The translations under genes and the position numbers were made by a program. Below, piece by piece: positions 1 through 13,329 of a DNA stretch of 64,000 bases. Numbering within the stretch: the first letter of the stretch is position 1; every line of letters starts with the position of its first letter. The stretch is from Eledone cirrhosa (Eukaryota): contig OZ024750.1 of the NCBI GenBank assembly GCA_964016885.1, positions 1,674,001 to 1,738,000 on the forward strand, in the 5' to 3' direction. The notes beneath the pieces were generated by a model. It was not told where the DNA came from. It made no database searches and saw only the letters and a program-made list of their open reading frames with translations.

Positions 1-132
1 ATTATTGTGTAGACACTAGGACGCCATATTAGTTTCAATAAAGAATCTATCGAAATGTCTTTGAAAACAGATTGAAATATAGGTATATATATATATATAA
101 AGAGAAAGAGAGTGAGAGAGAGATAAACAGGT

Positions 133-252
<120 letters not shown>

Positions 253-2502
253 TTTTTCTCTGAATAACTCACTACCATTATGAATTACCCGTGCATCATT
301 GAATATAGTAAATATAATTCTTGAAGAAACTATTCAAAGAATTGTATGATGTAATACATTTTTAGATAGCGTCTGTATTTTGTGGACTACAACGTTCAAC
401 TTCTTACATTTATTTGTTATTTAAGTCCCTGAATAATATTTATTAAGTGTGGATTAGGAGGGCATTTTGACATTTAGGTATATTTCAATTTAAGCATAAC
501 AAGGAGTTATGTAACCCTTTAAAGTTTCTAATTACAGAAGGATTTCGGGAAACTCTAATGAGTACGTTGTTAAAATCTCTTCATCGGTTTTGTTTTCCCT
601 ATAAGTGTGAGATAATAATATCACTGTCTTAGTAATGACGAAGCTCTAAGCTTAAGATCTGTAATCCTTATCCGTTTCAAGAGGTTTCATTGTGTCCTTG
701 AGCAAATAATTACATTAATTTGTCATGAAGATAATCACAGAAAATATTGAATGTGCTGGCTTCCGGAATACTAAGGTTAAATAACAAATGTCAAATGGAA
801 CAAGAAGGTTATTAAAGAAATCATTCAGGTCAAGAGAAGTATTAGCAAGATTTAATAACATACAAAGATTAAAAGAACAATAAATGACTACAAGAATCTC
901 ATTTATATTGATCTGGTATATTTGTGTAATGCATCAAACATATATATCAATGACGTTGTGCAACGTTCGTGATTTAAAAAAGTCATTTACGATGTAAGCT
1001 ATAATTTAGCAAGGAAATAAGGTTGCAGAGTAGAGATTCTGAGATTCCATCTATAATATTAATTGAATGTAGATGGCATTCTCGTTGCCCAAGAACCACG
1101 ATAGAGTTATACGTACAAGGAATTAGTTCTAACGATTTAATGTCCTTCATATATATATATTTGCTCAACTGATAAAGAGACTAAACACATTCAAACAAAC
1201 TTCACATGAAAACTATAACGCTTTGCCGCCATTACATTGCATCATACAAAATGGATTCTATTCCATTTTAGTTCCAGGTAAGCATACACTCTAATTGTTA
1301 ACACCACATCCCACCGCAATAGAAAATTATGCTGTCAAAATGTCTGTTATACGATAGTATCTTCTAAATATTTTCCGGAAGGAACTGTAGAAGCAACAAC
1401 AGTAACAAAAACATCTCTTATTAGATAGGGGAACATAAGGTGAATGGGGTTTTGATATACTAATAAAAAATATATAATGATGCAGAGAGAAAATTCTGGA
1501 AAATAATTCACAACATCCGGGTAGATAGACAGCTGTTGTGGCTTATAGAAGCTATTTTCAGAGCAGTTTGAAACTTTATTCTAGGAACGTAAAATTTCGG
1601 ATGGACATATGGTATGAAAAATCGGGATCGGATCACTCGATCCAATGAATACACAATTATTTCTGTTGTATGTCTTATTTTCCTTCGACTGCGAAATTTA
1701 TTGCTACACACTGGATTTATTCAATCCTACTGGCGAACATGAAACTTATAAGTTTCCAGAATAAAGGGTTAAAAAGATTGGCCGACATCTAGTTAAGGTG
1801 GTGGTATATTTAGGTATTGTAGTCAGATATAACACGTTGGGCCATTCACAATAATGTGATGTAAAACATTCTACAGTAAATAAAAGCAGTCAAATTATTT
1901 CATATTTCACACCTGATATCGACCGAAGGGTCAGGGTCAGCATGCATTTGATTATAAGTCTGCTTAATCTATGATGACTAAGATTAAAGAACATAGGTTA
2001 AAGAGAATCATATCTACGGTTAACTCTGATCACAATATTTCATCTGATGTTAATATGTTTATATGATCAAATTTACTCAAACCTGTGAAACCCTTCATTT
2101 ACACTGGACTGAAATATTGCTGATTGTCTAGCCGAAATAAACATATAGATACCGTTTTTTTTATGCCCACATGCGATTATTGTTAAAACAAATTTACAGA
2201 AAATAATTACATCTGTACCAAATATATATCACAATAGGGAACTTCATATTTTACAAGTTTCTTTGGCTGTAATTTTCTCGTGCCATCTAACTCTTACTCG
2301 CCATTTGTAACAAAATAATTTGAAAACAGCGTTTCGAAAACACCGCGCAGCGTCGGGTCTTACAAATTGCTAATTGTATCATAGAGTAAGATATTATCTG
2401 ATACAGATTTACTTTTAAATAGATGTCAATGTTATTTCATCACGTGACAGTCACGCAAAGGAACACAAAAATGTTAATTATTATGAATCGTTAGAAACCA
2501 AC

Positions 2503-2606
2503 CTGTCACAAATTTCACTGCGCATGTCTTCTTTTGTATTGAAATCCAACACTTTGATGAACGTAAAAGATCCATTGTATTTAGAGCTATTAGCGTGTGT
2601 ACACAT
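2503..2606 (-). CDS. Candidate internal coding exon (104 nt), product unknown
   Basis: Minus strand: gtgtttttatttcag acceptor, open reading MCTHANSSKYNGSFTFIKVLDFNTKEDMRSEICDR, then ag|gttggt donor. Unique sequence; no homology recognised. Confidence 0.3.
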
Positions 2607-2810
2607 CTGAAATAAAAACACACACTTTTTATATATATATACACACAATTCAAAGTATACGACACTTCCCACAGAAATATGTATCACACGTTAAAGGTCA
2701 CTTTCAAAATAATTACAATATATATTATTATAGAATTCATAGGGTTAAAATTGAATAGAGAATAAGAATAAATATTTGTGAGGTTTTAGCGCCAATAGCT
2801 TACATGAAAT

Positions 2811-3400
2811 ATATGTTATCTAAACTATAAAATAATATAATATATACATATAATTTAATAATATAATATAATGTAATATATACATATAATTTAATAATAT
2901 AATATAATAATATAATATAATATAATATAATATAATGTAATATATACATATGTTATCTAAACTATAAAATAATATAATAATATTATATATACATATAATT
3001 TAATAATATAATAATTGTTTCTACTTTAGGCACAAGGCCAGCAAATACCCAGTGCATTACTGGTACTTTATTTTATCGACCCCGTAAGGATGAAAGGCAA
3101 AGTCAACCTCGGCGGGATTTGAACTCAGATCATAAAGGGACGTAACTATGCTGGAAAGCATGGCGTCTGACTCTCTACCGATACTGCCAATCCACCAATA
3201 ATATAATATAATATAATATAATGTAATATATACATATGTTATCTAAACTATAAAATAATATAATAATATAATATATACATATAATTTAATAATATAATAT
3301 AATATAATATAATGTAATATATACATATAATTTAATAATATAATATAATTTAATAATATAATAATAATAATATAATATAATGTAATATAACATAATATAT
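2811..3400. repeat. AT-rich (AATAT)n-based compound minisatellite, interrupted by a SINE
   Basis: Anchor atatgttatctaaactataaaataatataa recurs at about 2811, 2948 and 3234 between aatat runs. Confidence 0.85.
3011..3196 (-). mobile_element. tRNA-derived SINE, short subfamily, near full length
   Basis: Reverse complement has A box TGGCAGTATCGG, B box GAGTTCAAATCC, core GCCTTTCATCCTTACGGGGTCGATAAAATAAAGTACCAG and tail AGAAACAATTAT. Confidence 0.93.
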
Positions 3401-3403
3401 ATA

Positions 3404-3578
3404 CGTTTATCCCGGGTTCAATCGGGGGTAACCACAGTAAGTAAGGTACTCAATACATAACAGAGTATAACTATTTAATATAGAAAGGCTTCTACAGGAC
3501 TAGAACTGTTTCATTCAGTAGATGATTTCTACCGAATGAAACAGTTCTAGTCCTGTAGAAGCCTTTCTATAGTAAATA
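3404..3578 (-). mobile_element. TA-embedded fold-back element, family A (Penelope-like terminal fragment with hammerhead 3' half)
   Basis: About 68-nt tail, then 43-bp inverted repeat (3480-3522/3528-3570, 1 mismatch, 5-nt loop). Arm reads GAAACAG-ttctagtc-CTGTA-GAAG. Flanked by TA runs. Confidence 0.7.
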
Positions 3579-3602
3579 TACATATATATATATATATATA
3601 TA

Positions 3603-3699
3603 TAGGAAAATGTTCAGGACCCCGACCCACTCTACTACCCAAAGTATCGAGTACTCTGGTGCGTTGTGGTCCATCTGGTTCCTTACCACACTTCTTTCG

Positions 3700-3700
<1 letters not shown>
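3603..3700 (+). mobile_element. TA-embedded element, family B, truncated with inverted 5' piece
   Basis: Tail ccactctactacccaaagtatcgagtactctggtgcg...cttctttcgc matches copies at 47056, 58908 and 60519; taggaaaatgttcaggaccccgac is inverted. Confidence 0.8.
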
Positions 3701-3768
<68 letters not shown>

Positions 3769-4112
3769 TATAAGATGTTCTATAAAAAGCATTACTTAAA
3801 TAAAGTGGAGGAATGTATTTTCTAGTTTCTATAAGCTAATATAACAAAAGAGTTAAATGATATACTTTAACTTAAATTACTACTCTGTGTTACATCTCTG
3901 ATTTGATATAACACACACACATATACACGTACACACAGACATTGGTGGGTGTTGGCGAGTACAGGTGTGTGAGAGAGAGAAAGTCAGAGAGAGACACACA
4001 GAGAGATGGTGAGAAAGAAAAGGGAGAGAGACAGAGGAGGAGAGTGGGAAATACGAGAGAGCGAGATAGAGAAAGAAAGAAAGAGAGAGAGAGAGGGGTG
4101 AGAGATAGAGAG

Positions 4113-4146
<34 letters not shown>

Positions 4147-4716
4147 ATCCAGCGAAGTGTGATAGACAATATGCCAGGCTGAAGGTAGTCAAGGTCAATT
4201 CCATGTGTTTTGATTATGATAACCATGTTATCTCTATTGAGGCATTCCAGTTAACTAAAGCGAATTGAATATCTTTATACCTTTTACTCTTGTTCGTTGC
4301 TTAATAAGCCAATTGTAAATTCTGTGTCGCGATTACTGTAATCAATTGAAAGCAGTTGCAATTGGCTTCTTACAGCAGTGAGTAGGCTTAAGACAGTGAT
4401 AGCTTTTGTTAACAGTATTCAAGAGACAAACAGAATAGTTGTATTATAGAAACAATAAAATACTAAACAGATAATAAAACACACACAATCAGTGTTTTAT
4501 AAGAAACTTCTGCCTAGTTCTATAGTTGTTTACTCATTTAAACATGTTATCTAAACAAAATTCCCATTCAGATGATTCACCTTTTTTTTACAGTATAAAC
4601 ATATACACTGATATCTTTGAAAGCTTCAGAAACTAACATTGCAACAATGTTATCTTAAATATTGAAATATTCATAACAACCACAGTAAATAATATCATTC
4701 GTTTTATCTTTTATAG

Positions 4717-4734
4717 CAAATTATGTAAATATTG
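4717..4734 (+). other. Candidate 18-nt microexon
   Basis: gttttatcttttatag | caaattatgtaaatattg | gtaagt: pyrimidine-rich acceptor, consensus donor, frame-preserving length. Confidence 0.25.
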
Positions 4735-4966
4735 GTAAGTTTCTATGCACCACCGCATAAGATATTTAAGAAATTATTTTTTTGTCGACAAAGATCACCA
4801 CTAGTATCCTGACATATCAAATATACGTAGAACATTCCTGTAGTATTTGTTATGAGTATTGACGAAAATTTGTAACTGACCTACATGTAACATGTGGCTA
4901 TAAATAAATATATATTTATTGGCTTCAAAACGGTTTGGTTAAATATCCGTATCATTCATTTAAATA

Positions 4967-5315
4967 GGACGGTGGATTAGCAGTATTGGTGGAGCGTCGA
5001 CTCCATATTTCGTGGCATAGAGGCACGACCTTTTACAATCTGCATGGAGTAGAACGTCAGAGACTCTTACAAAATTAGAACTACTGAACCCATTCACAAT
5101 CCAAACTATTATACTTAATTTTAACTCCTTTTTTTGTGCTTACAGTGAGACGGTCAATTGGCAGACGGTCATTGGAACGTCGGATAGAATGATATGCGGT
5201 ATTTGTTTCGAGACTCTGAGCTGAGAGATCGATAAAATATAGTACTGTAACCCATTTAATCGATCGTAACCTTTACCAAAGATATGTGGTATTATTCTCA
5301 AACTAGATATCATGA
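4967..5315 (+). mobile_element. Two highly decayed SINE copies
   Basis: Heads ggacggtggattagcagtattgg (about 4967) and gacggtcaattggcaga (about 5149), with remnant tcgataaaatatagtac. Confidence 0.6.
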
Positions 5316-5669
5316 TCAATACACATTGGGGGGAGGGGAATGCTAGGATGATAACAATGTTAGAGAAAATATTTTAACGAATTTAGTTGCGACTTTCCAC
5401 ACTCTAAGTTCAAACGTTATTCACGTATGTAAATAATTAAAATTGAAATCTTACTGATTTACTAACAAACATTGGCAGACACAAAAAAAGGAAGATGAGG
5501 TTGTATTCTAGATTGGGTGTATATTGTGTATATTAGCCATCAGGTTTCTACTTTTTAAACGTGATCTTGCAAATGTATGGCCCCGTAATTGTGATAGATT
5601 AGTAGGGGTGCCGTATTGACATACGGCTTTTCTTGGCCATTTTAAGCCTGGTGGAGCCCATCTCTCTCC

Positions 5670-5850
5670 AGGCCTGAGTACAGCAGATTTCTTCCAAAGA
5701 GGGGAAGAATCGACACAAGTACTAAACTGGTACATGTTTTTATGAATGAAAGGCAAGGTTGACCTCGGTGGGATTTGAACTCAGAGAGTAGAGAGCCAGA
5801 ACGAATACCATAAAGCATTCTATCCGACTTTCTGACGATTCTGCCAATCG
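5670..5850 (-). mobile_element. Decayed SINE
   Basis: atgaaaggcaaggttgacctcggtgggatttgaactcag...gattctgccaatc. Confidence 0.85.
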
Positions 5851-6398
5851 TATGAAGGGCAACATGCAAAGAAACGAAGATAGACACTTTCCACTTCAGC
5901 CAGATATTACTTAATAAAAATAATATTAGTAATAGATATAATTGTGTAACTTAAAATGTAGAATAACTAAAGCTAAACAAATTGATTTTCAGTTTAGTTA
6001 TATCGTTTGAGAGGGGCCGGAGGTTATGAACCTGTGTCGTATCAAATTGTGTTGTTCTGCTTATTGAAACTAATCTTCATTACGTTTCCTTCCATTACCA
6101 TATTACCATTCAAATATAATATTTCATTTCCTTCATAATAATGTGATTTCAAATTGAACGAACGATATATTTGCATTATTATTATTTTGATGTATTGTTG
6201 TTGTTGATGATGATGATGAGATAGTGAAGAAGGAGGGGGAGGAGGTGATGGTGGTAGTAATTTGTTTCTGGAAAATTTATACATATTATTTTATATTATT
6301 TAATTTTAACTATCCCAGTGGGCATCGCCGTTGTTTCCTATATTCTCCAGCTATTTAGAATATTTTCAACGTAAATTGAGACACAATCACACAAATAT

Positions 6399-7065
6399 GC
6401 GCGTGTATATATGTGTATAGAAGCCCGTGTATATATGTGTATAGAAGCCCGTGTATATATGTGTATCGAAGCGCGTGTATATATGTGTATCGAAGCGCGT
6501 GTATATATGTGTATAGAAGCCCGTGTATATATGTGTATAGAAGCCCGTGTATATATGTATATAGAAACGCGTGTATATATGTGCATAGAAGCACGTGTAT
6601 ATATGTGTATAGAAACGCGTGTATATATGTGCATAGAAGTGCGTGTATATATATGTTTAGAAATGCATGTATATATGTGTATAGAAGCCCGTGCATATAT
6701 ATGTATAGAAGTCCGTGTATATATGTGTATAGAAGTGTGTGTATATATATGTATATAAGTGCATGTATATATGTGTATAGAAGCCCGTGCATATATATGT
6801 ATAGAAGTGCGTGTATATATGTGTTTAGAAATGCGTGTATATATGTGTATAGAAGCCCGTGCATATATATGTATAGAAGTCCGTGTATATATGTGTATAG
6901 AAGTGTGTGTATATATATGTATATAAGTGCATGTATATATGTGTATAGAAGCCCGTGCATATATATGTATAGAAGTGCGTGTATATATGTGTATAGAAGT
7001 GCGTGTATATATGTGTATAGAAGTGCGTGTATATATATGTATAGAAGCGCGTGTATATATGTGTG
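6399..7065. repeat. 24-bp minisatellite (about 27 copies) with a 168-bp (7-unit) higher-order duplication
   Basis: Unit atgtgtatagaagcccgtgtatat; variant series repeats with 168-bp spacing (gtttagaaatgc at about 6655 and 6823). Confidence 0.95.
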
Positions 7066-7915
7066 TGGAGATATTTAGTTTTGTATAAATTCATGTATTT
7101 CGGAGTCTTCTTTCAATAAACGATCATAACATTAAAGTGAAATATTTGAATATTTTTTCTTAGGTTTTAAAAAATATTTCTAATAAATTAGAATAGTTTT
7201 GCATTTAAGCAATATATCATTTCACGTACATTGTCTAATATACGGTGTTTATAATATATTTAAGTGCATTTTAATTGTAGGATTTTATTGAATACTATTT
7301 CTCTTTTTATTATTTGCATAATGCAGACACACTTGAAATATGGTTCAATATTGACAGTTTATTTAAATGCAGAAACATATGTACACATAGAAAACTGATG
7401 ATGTTTCTGTCTGCATTTACAGGCACGGAAAGATCAGATCAACAGGATACATACACTGAAAATCTGGAAGCACCCGCAAATATACGATTTCTAATAAACT
7501 GAACGAAAATCTCAGAGAGGAAGTATTGGAAAAAGATGAAACAACGATCTACTAGGAAATAGATATAGATATCGATAAAAAGGATGACTACAAACCGAGC
7601 AAACAGACACCATAGCCAAAGGCGTATAATATGAGCATAAATGGATGTATAGTCCAGAGAGGGAAATGCTGTTAAGAACTCAAAATCTCTCAAAATATAA
7701 ATATGAGAGACATAAAACTAAGAATAGAGACTGTAATAATTTGTGTAAGGAAGTGATAAAAAATATTTACCAAATAAAATACATTTTTTGTTAGGCAACA
7801 ACACACGAGCCACTGAAGACATTTCTACTAGGGATGACTGCAGTAATCTTAAGACGGTAAAGATATATCTGACGGTTAACGTTTCACTAAGGAAATAAGC
7901 AAGGATTTCCTTAGT

Positions 7916-7950
7916 GAACACTTTTGAGTGAAACCGAAGAGCTAAAGCCG

Positions 7951-7986
<36 letters not shown>

Positions 7987-8021
7987 CGGCTTTAGCTCTT
8001 CGGTTTCACTCAAAAGTGTTC
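7916..8021. repeat. Perfect 106-bp palindrome centred on (TA)14
   Basis: gaacacttttgagtgaaaccgaagagctaaagccgtaat (TA)14 attacggctttagctcttcggtttcactcaaaagtgttc. Confidence 0.95.
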
Positions 8022-8083
8022 TTGAGGCTAGTAAAATGAGGTATCCTCTTGATAAGTGGGCAGACCTCACAAAAGCTCTATAT

Positions 8084-8131
8084 CTCTATGATGTATTGTT
8101 TTTTATTATGCCACGAAACTACGTAGTCGAG
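8084..8131 (+). ncRNA. Degenerate type I hammerhead ribozyme relic (Penelope-type)
   Basis: ctc-tatga...gccac-GAAAC-TACGTA-GTC-GAG: palindromic stem III ACTACGTAGT, GUC site, CTC/GAG stem I. CUGAUGA box and stem II are decayed. Followed by about 70 nt and then (TA)n. Confidence 0.55.
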
Positions 8132-8199
8132 GAATCTAGAAGTAGTTTAGGTATGATACATCTTATTACTAATTATATCTAAATGATTCTTCTCTCTTC

Positions 8200-8201
<2 letters not shown>

Positions 8202-8241
<40 letters not shown>

Positions 8242-8268
8242 AATGTGTGTGATGATGTATGTATGTAA

Positions 8269-8299
<31 letters not shown>

Positions 8300-8432
8300 A
8301 ATGTGTGTGATGATGTATGTATGTAAATATATATATATATATATATACATAAATGTGTGTGATGATGTATATATATATACATAAATGTGTGTGATGATGT
8401 ATGTATGTAAATATATATATATATACATATAT
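8202..8432. repeat. Compound repeat: (TA)n alternating with cataaatgtgtgtgatgatgtat(gtatgtaa), 4 copies
   Basis: Four copies of the non-TA block are visible. Confidence 0.9.
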
Positions 8433-8569
8433 ATTTACGAAATGTAAAGTCAAAATGAGTGGGGGTGTGATCTTAAAACATAAAGGATGTAACTAGAAAT
8501 TATTAGGTGGTTCGACTGCTACCTTAGCGATTATTCTATCCATCACCCTTAAGGATGATGATGATAATA

Positions 8570-8672
8570 ATAATTGTTTATACTTTAGACACAAGGCCAG
8601 CAATTACCCAGTACATTACTGGTACTTTATTTTATCGACCCCGTAAGGATGAAAGGCAAAGTTAACCTCGGC
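8570..8672 (-). mobile_element. 5'-truncated SINE, short subfamily
   Basis: 3' half nearly identical to the copy at 3011. Confidence 0.92.
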
Positions 8673-8939
8673 TTTATGTGCTTTATGTATATGGATGGCC
8701 TCGGGTTTTATGCCGCAGACACAAACAACCCCAAACGCTGTTATATAACAATACACAGATTCAGTAAATAAATTGGGATACAATTCGATTGAGAAAATGC
8801 GCCAAGGCAATTCTGAAGAGAGTAAAATTAATAAGAACGACTAATATTATGTTAGATTAAGAAAGAGAGAAAATATAATGCGATAAAGGAGACTTGTAAA
8901 TACTTGAGAATTAATTACAACATATAAATACAAAATATT

Positions 8940-9670
8940 TTAGGTAAGAATATTATAGACTCATTAAATTAATACCGAAAACATAGTTACGTAGAGAAAA
9001 TATGGCAATATTTATCAATATTTCCAATGCTATTGTGATTGGTAACTAAATGAATCAGCAAGATAAATAGATAAGATTACCAGCAAAATGGTAACTGCAT
9101 TTTGAATAATTTACTAAATATAAAAAAAGGTTATATTTCAAACGAATACAGGGAAGTAGGGCCATTTAATGTGCAGAAACTTAGTAGTATGTGTTTGTTT
9201 TTTAACACGTGGTAAAGGATTGGGAGAAATCCTGTACAGGTATAAGGGAAGTATGTTTAGACAGAGGTGAGCGAAGTTTGTAAAATATACCCGCAGAATG
9301 TTTTAGTTAAGAACAATCAATTACATTTTCCTGGCTATCCGGGTTTGATCCAAAGAGAATATTCATACAAACACGACATAAAGAATGTTCGTACTCTGTA
9401 AATTATGCAAGATTTCTGGAATAGTATTCGCCCACGAGTAAAAAGGTTCTAAAGTATGACAAAGTCACTCCACCGCCCATTGCAACATACTGGGTTACAT
9501 AGCAATTTGTCCAGATAGTATTTTTATATACTATCATGAATAGAAATGTCTTTTAATCGACGTGTTAACAAAGAATATATCCAAACATAAAGACTTTAGA
9601 GATTTATTGCGAATGTGGAGTTTGAAAACAGAAACTATTCCCAGAATATTAGGTGACTATGGAATGATAA
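8940..9670 (+). pseudogene. Decayed non-LTR reverse transcriptase relic, L1/Tx1-like
   Basis: Broken peptides IKLIPK, GNCILNNLLNIK and YSYKHDI resemble L1/Tx1 RT motifs (ITLIPK, GRSIxDNL, AYADDI) in the expected order; many stops. Confidence 0.35.
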
Positions 9671-11309
9671 AAATACATGTTTAAATAATTCCGCGGGAAT
9701 GCTCTAGCTGTCTTGTCTGCGGGTGTAGAGCCGCACCCTAGGCCTAGAGCCTAACCCCCCCCCTCCAATTCTTCTGTGACCCTAGATTCCGTGCATTTCC
9801 CTTCCTTTTCCATTTTCATAACCACAAAAGACACTTGCATTCTTTACAATAAAACTTGTATTTAATAATTATATATTATTAATCTCAGATAATAAATACA
9901 AACATAAATCTACATGAAATAGTATTACTAAATAACCCTATATCTATCCATAGAGTAGTTTCAATACAATAGTAAAATGGTTCCCAGAACTGCACTCAGC
10001 AGTACAATGATGGAGCTAAGAGAATTTACTGAAAAATTAATGTGTTGAATCGATCATCACTGCAAGTACAAATACCTAATAAATTATATTATATTTCGAG
10101 CTGCTAAAGTAATAGAAAAGTGCAACAGCAAATATGAACGAGAATTAATACCGAAGTTATGCTGTTACATGGCAAACATATCTGTGAATTTGATGCCCCC
10201 ACATATCAATAAGAATATATCTTTGAATAGGTCAACTGCCGCAAGAAAATTCACCATAGAGTGTTACCCTGTTGATTACATGTAAATTATCTATTATTTC
10301 TAAAATATAAAGGGCAAATGTTTTGACATGTTACTAAGTTGTATTGGGATGTCTAACATTTGCTCGCATAAAATCTGTGACATAAAATCTGCGACATAAA
10401 ATCTGTGATATGAAATCGTAGGTAAACTATTTTGTATACACCCTCCTATAAAAACCAATTCATGTTACTCATATAAAACCATTCCTTGTCATATAGAAGA
10501 ACAATGCAAAGTTCTGACTGGTTAATACTTAAAAACAATGAACCTAACGTCCTTTTCTATAAAAAAAAGTATAAAATTTCCATATTTGATATAACTGCAC
10601 TGACTGACAATAAATGCAAAATGTGTGCAACACTGTAGGTCCTTGCTAGAATGACTATTATATCAAATTACACCTGTAAATATATCGAGAGGTGATCAAC
10701 AAGACATTCATATATTCAGAATCTACTGCATATACAAACATTATGCAGTATATACCTCTGTAACATATTTATTCTCTCCCAGGTTAACACATAACCAACG
10801 TAAATTGAGAATGCTAGGCAAAACAAGAGATAGATAGAAGGAGGCTCACACAAACCCAACGTAAAAGGAATGGGATTGAGGAAGGAAATTATGGAAGAGA
10901 ATGCAGAAAATTGAGATCGGTTCAGAATGATCAAGAAGTTGAAGAATTAAACGACTGCAAGTGAAGTGGTTTGATTTTTGAATATAAAAGTATGTAATGT
11001 CCGGTCAGGTGTGGAACAGAATTGGATGCCTTACGTGGCAGGTGTGGAAAAGAGGGAAGGGTGAATATGATATGCTGAATAGGAAACAACCACAACTATA
11101 AGCACTAAACATATGCCACACATAGTATATACAACCATTTGCTTTGATACACGTCTAAACTTCCTTTCCTTTTCTTTCCCACTCCAATCCACGCCCTTCT
11201 CAAACCCTGGTTTTAATGTTGTATGTTGTATGTTGTAGACGTTTATCTAGACGTATATATATATATATATGTAACGTATTGCTGGTTTGTTGATGGGGTT
11301 TAACATACA

Positions 11310-11600
11310 GAGAGCCCCAACAGATATATAATAGGCCAGGCATATTTCCCGCTATAAAAATTACAATATTGTACGAAACTTTGACATAACCATGTCAAAT
11401 AAGTATAGTGTTATGCAGAAATATGCTACAAATTGACTCCGCTATTAAGCTAAATACATAAGAGCATTTCACGATGGAATGTCATACAACCTGGAATACT
11501 AAAAAAAGATTTGTGCAAAGACATTGACAGAATTACCTATAAAGATAGACATTCCAGAAAATAGCAGTACTAGGAACTGTAAATATAGCTAAGGTATTCT
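11310..11600 (+). pseudogene. R4/Dong-clade LINE relic, restriction-like endonuclease end
   Basis: Fragments NRPGI, DITMSNKYSV, GILKKDLCKDIDRI and QKIAVLGTVNI match the R4 C-terminal NRPDI...QKIALLGTAHIL pattern. Confidence 0.65.
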
Positions 11601-11714
11601 CCCACACAGAATGTGTTAATCATGAACATTTTCATGAATATTTTGTAAGACATACCGAATTAATTTTTATGTTCGAAAGGAAATTCTTGACATATATCCG
11701 TAACCAGGAACAAT

Positions 11715-11931
11715 AAAGGTTTCTAATTTAGGCACAAGGCCAAACATTTTGAGGGAGTAAAATGCTAAATACATCAACTCCAGTATTTGAGAAGTAATTT
11801 ATTTTATCGTCCTGGAACGATAAAAAATAAAGTTAACCTCGACATGATTCGAACTCTGAACGTAAATACTGAGAGAGACATAATTACGCATTTTAGCAAA
11901 GACTCTGCGAATTCTGTCAAACAAGCAGCCT
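11715..11931 (-). mobile_element. Decayed SINE, long subfamily, possible TSD caggaacaat
   Basis: ggcacaaggcc...aagttaacctcgacatgattcgaactc; caggaacaat at 11705 and 11938. Confidence 0.8.
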
Positions 11932-12510
11932 TGAAATCAGGAACAATGATAGAAATAATAAAGCTTTTTTAGATATCAGAGAGTACCATTTCAGCAACCA
12001 CAATCTCTAAAACAACAAACAGTAAACGTGACAATTCAACTGACAAGTTATTCAAATGTTTTCCTTCGCAAATATTTCCTCCTTAAGGTATTCTGACGCG
12101 GGTTCTGACCAGAGTAATCCCCATGATATCTAGTATCATTATCGTTATTATTTATAAAGAACTTTAGTGTCATTACTATTGCACTTTACTATTCCTTGTA
12201 GCCACACGGGGTCAGAAGATTTTATAGATAGATATCTTATGAAAGATGAAAGCTTGGCAGTTATCCAATTAGGTGGTTTCAAGATATGCTAGATGCAGGA
12301 GATATTTTTGTGTATTTAGATATATTTGTGTGTAATTATTAATATATGTGTGGATTTTGTTTTATATACAGGGAAGCGTTGTATGCATAAATCTTTATGC
12401 CATGTATCATATGAAACTGAAGTTTATGTAAATGGAGCTTAGAAACTGTAACATCATTGTATTCATTCATAGTTTATATATATATATGTTTGTGTGTGTG
12501 TGTGTATATA

Positions 12511-12542
<32 letters not shown>

Positions 12543-12544
12543 CA

Positions 12545-12617
<73 letters not shown>

Positions 12618-13160
12618 TTGAAACCGTTTGCATCGGAAATATTTCTTTTAAATGAATATGTATTATTTATGTATATGAGAATTCAGGTTTTGGGGAAATA
12701 AGCCCTCATAAATAGGGATATGTCTAGGCACTGTTGCAGGGATTTAAGAATGGGAGCAAAACTCTACTCATAGATTAACATATCACATTTCATTTATATA
12801 GGAAGGTTGCTATAAATATGCATGAATATATAACTAGACAAGGGTTTGTAATAATATTCATACACACGTTTTGTTTCATTAGCCAGTATCATAATCTGCT
12901 GGATTTCACAGCAATCAATGTTTAGTATATGTGAGTGTATGCCACAAGACGGAGCTTCCACGCCGCCATACGCTCCTACAGATACCTTATTACATCCTAC
13001 CGCTAGTAGATTCTTAAGATTGAAATAAACTATAAGAATGACATACGTTATCTCCTTTCTCGTAATTTAAAAAGGGGTTGCCTCCTATATTCACTCCTCT
13101 ACAGTCATATATACATATAAGAGTGACGGACAGACAGACGGAGAAGCAGCACTTCTTTTA

Positions 13161-13329
13161 TAATAATTGTTTCTACTTTAGGCACAAAGCCAGCAATTAC
13201 CCAGTGCATTACTGGTACTTTATTTTATCGACCCCGTAAGGATGAAAGGCAAAGTCAACCTCAGCGGGATTTGAACTCAGATCGTAAAGGGACGTAACTA
13301 TGCTAGAAAGCATACTGCCAATCCACCGC
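13161..13329 (-). mobile_element. SINE, short subfamily, with TSD and about 20-bp deletion in the head
   Basis: (gc)acttctttta repeated at 13149-13160 and 13328-13339. Confidence 0.93.

Noticed and set aside
2335-2375. Helitron-like 3' end (GC-rich stem then ctaat)
   Set aside because: Hairpin imperfect, CTAG not intact, no matching 5' end identified.
6338-7094. Overlapping Tyr/Ile/His/Cys-rich ORFs
   Set aside because: Read-through of the 24-bp minisatellite.
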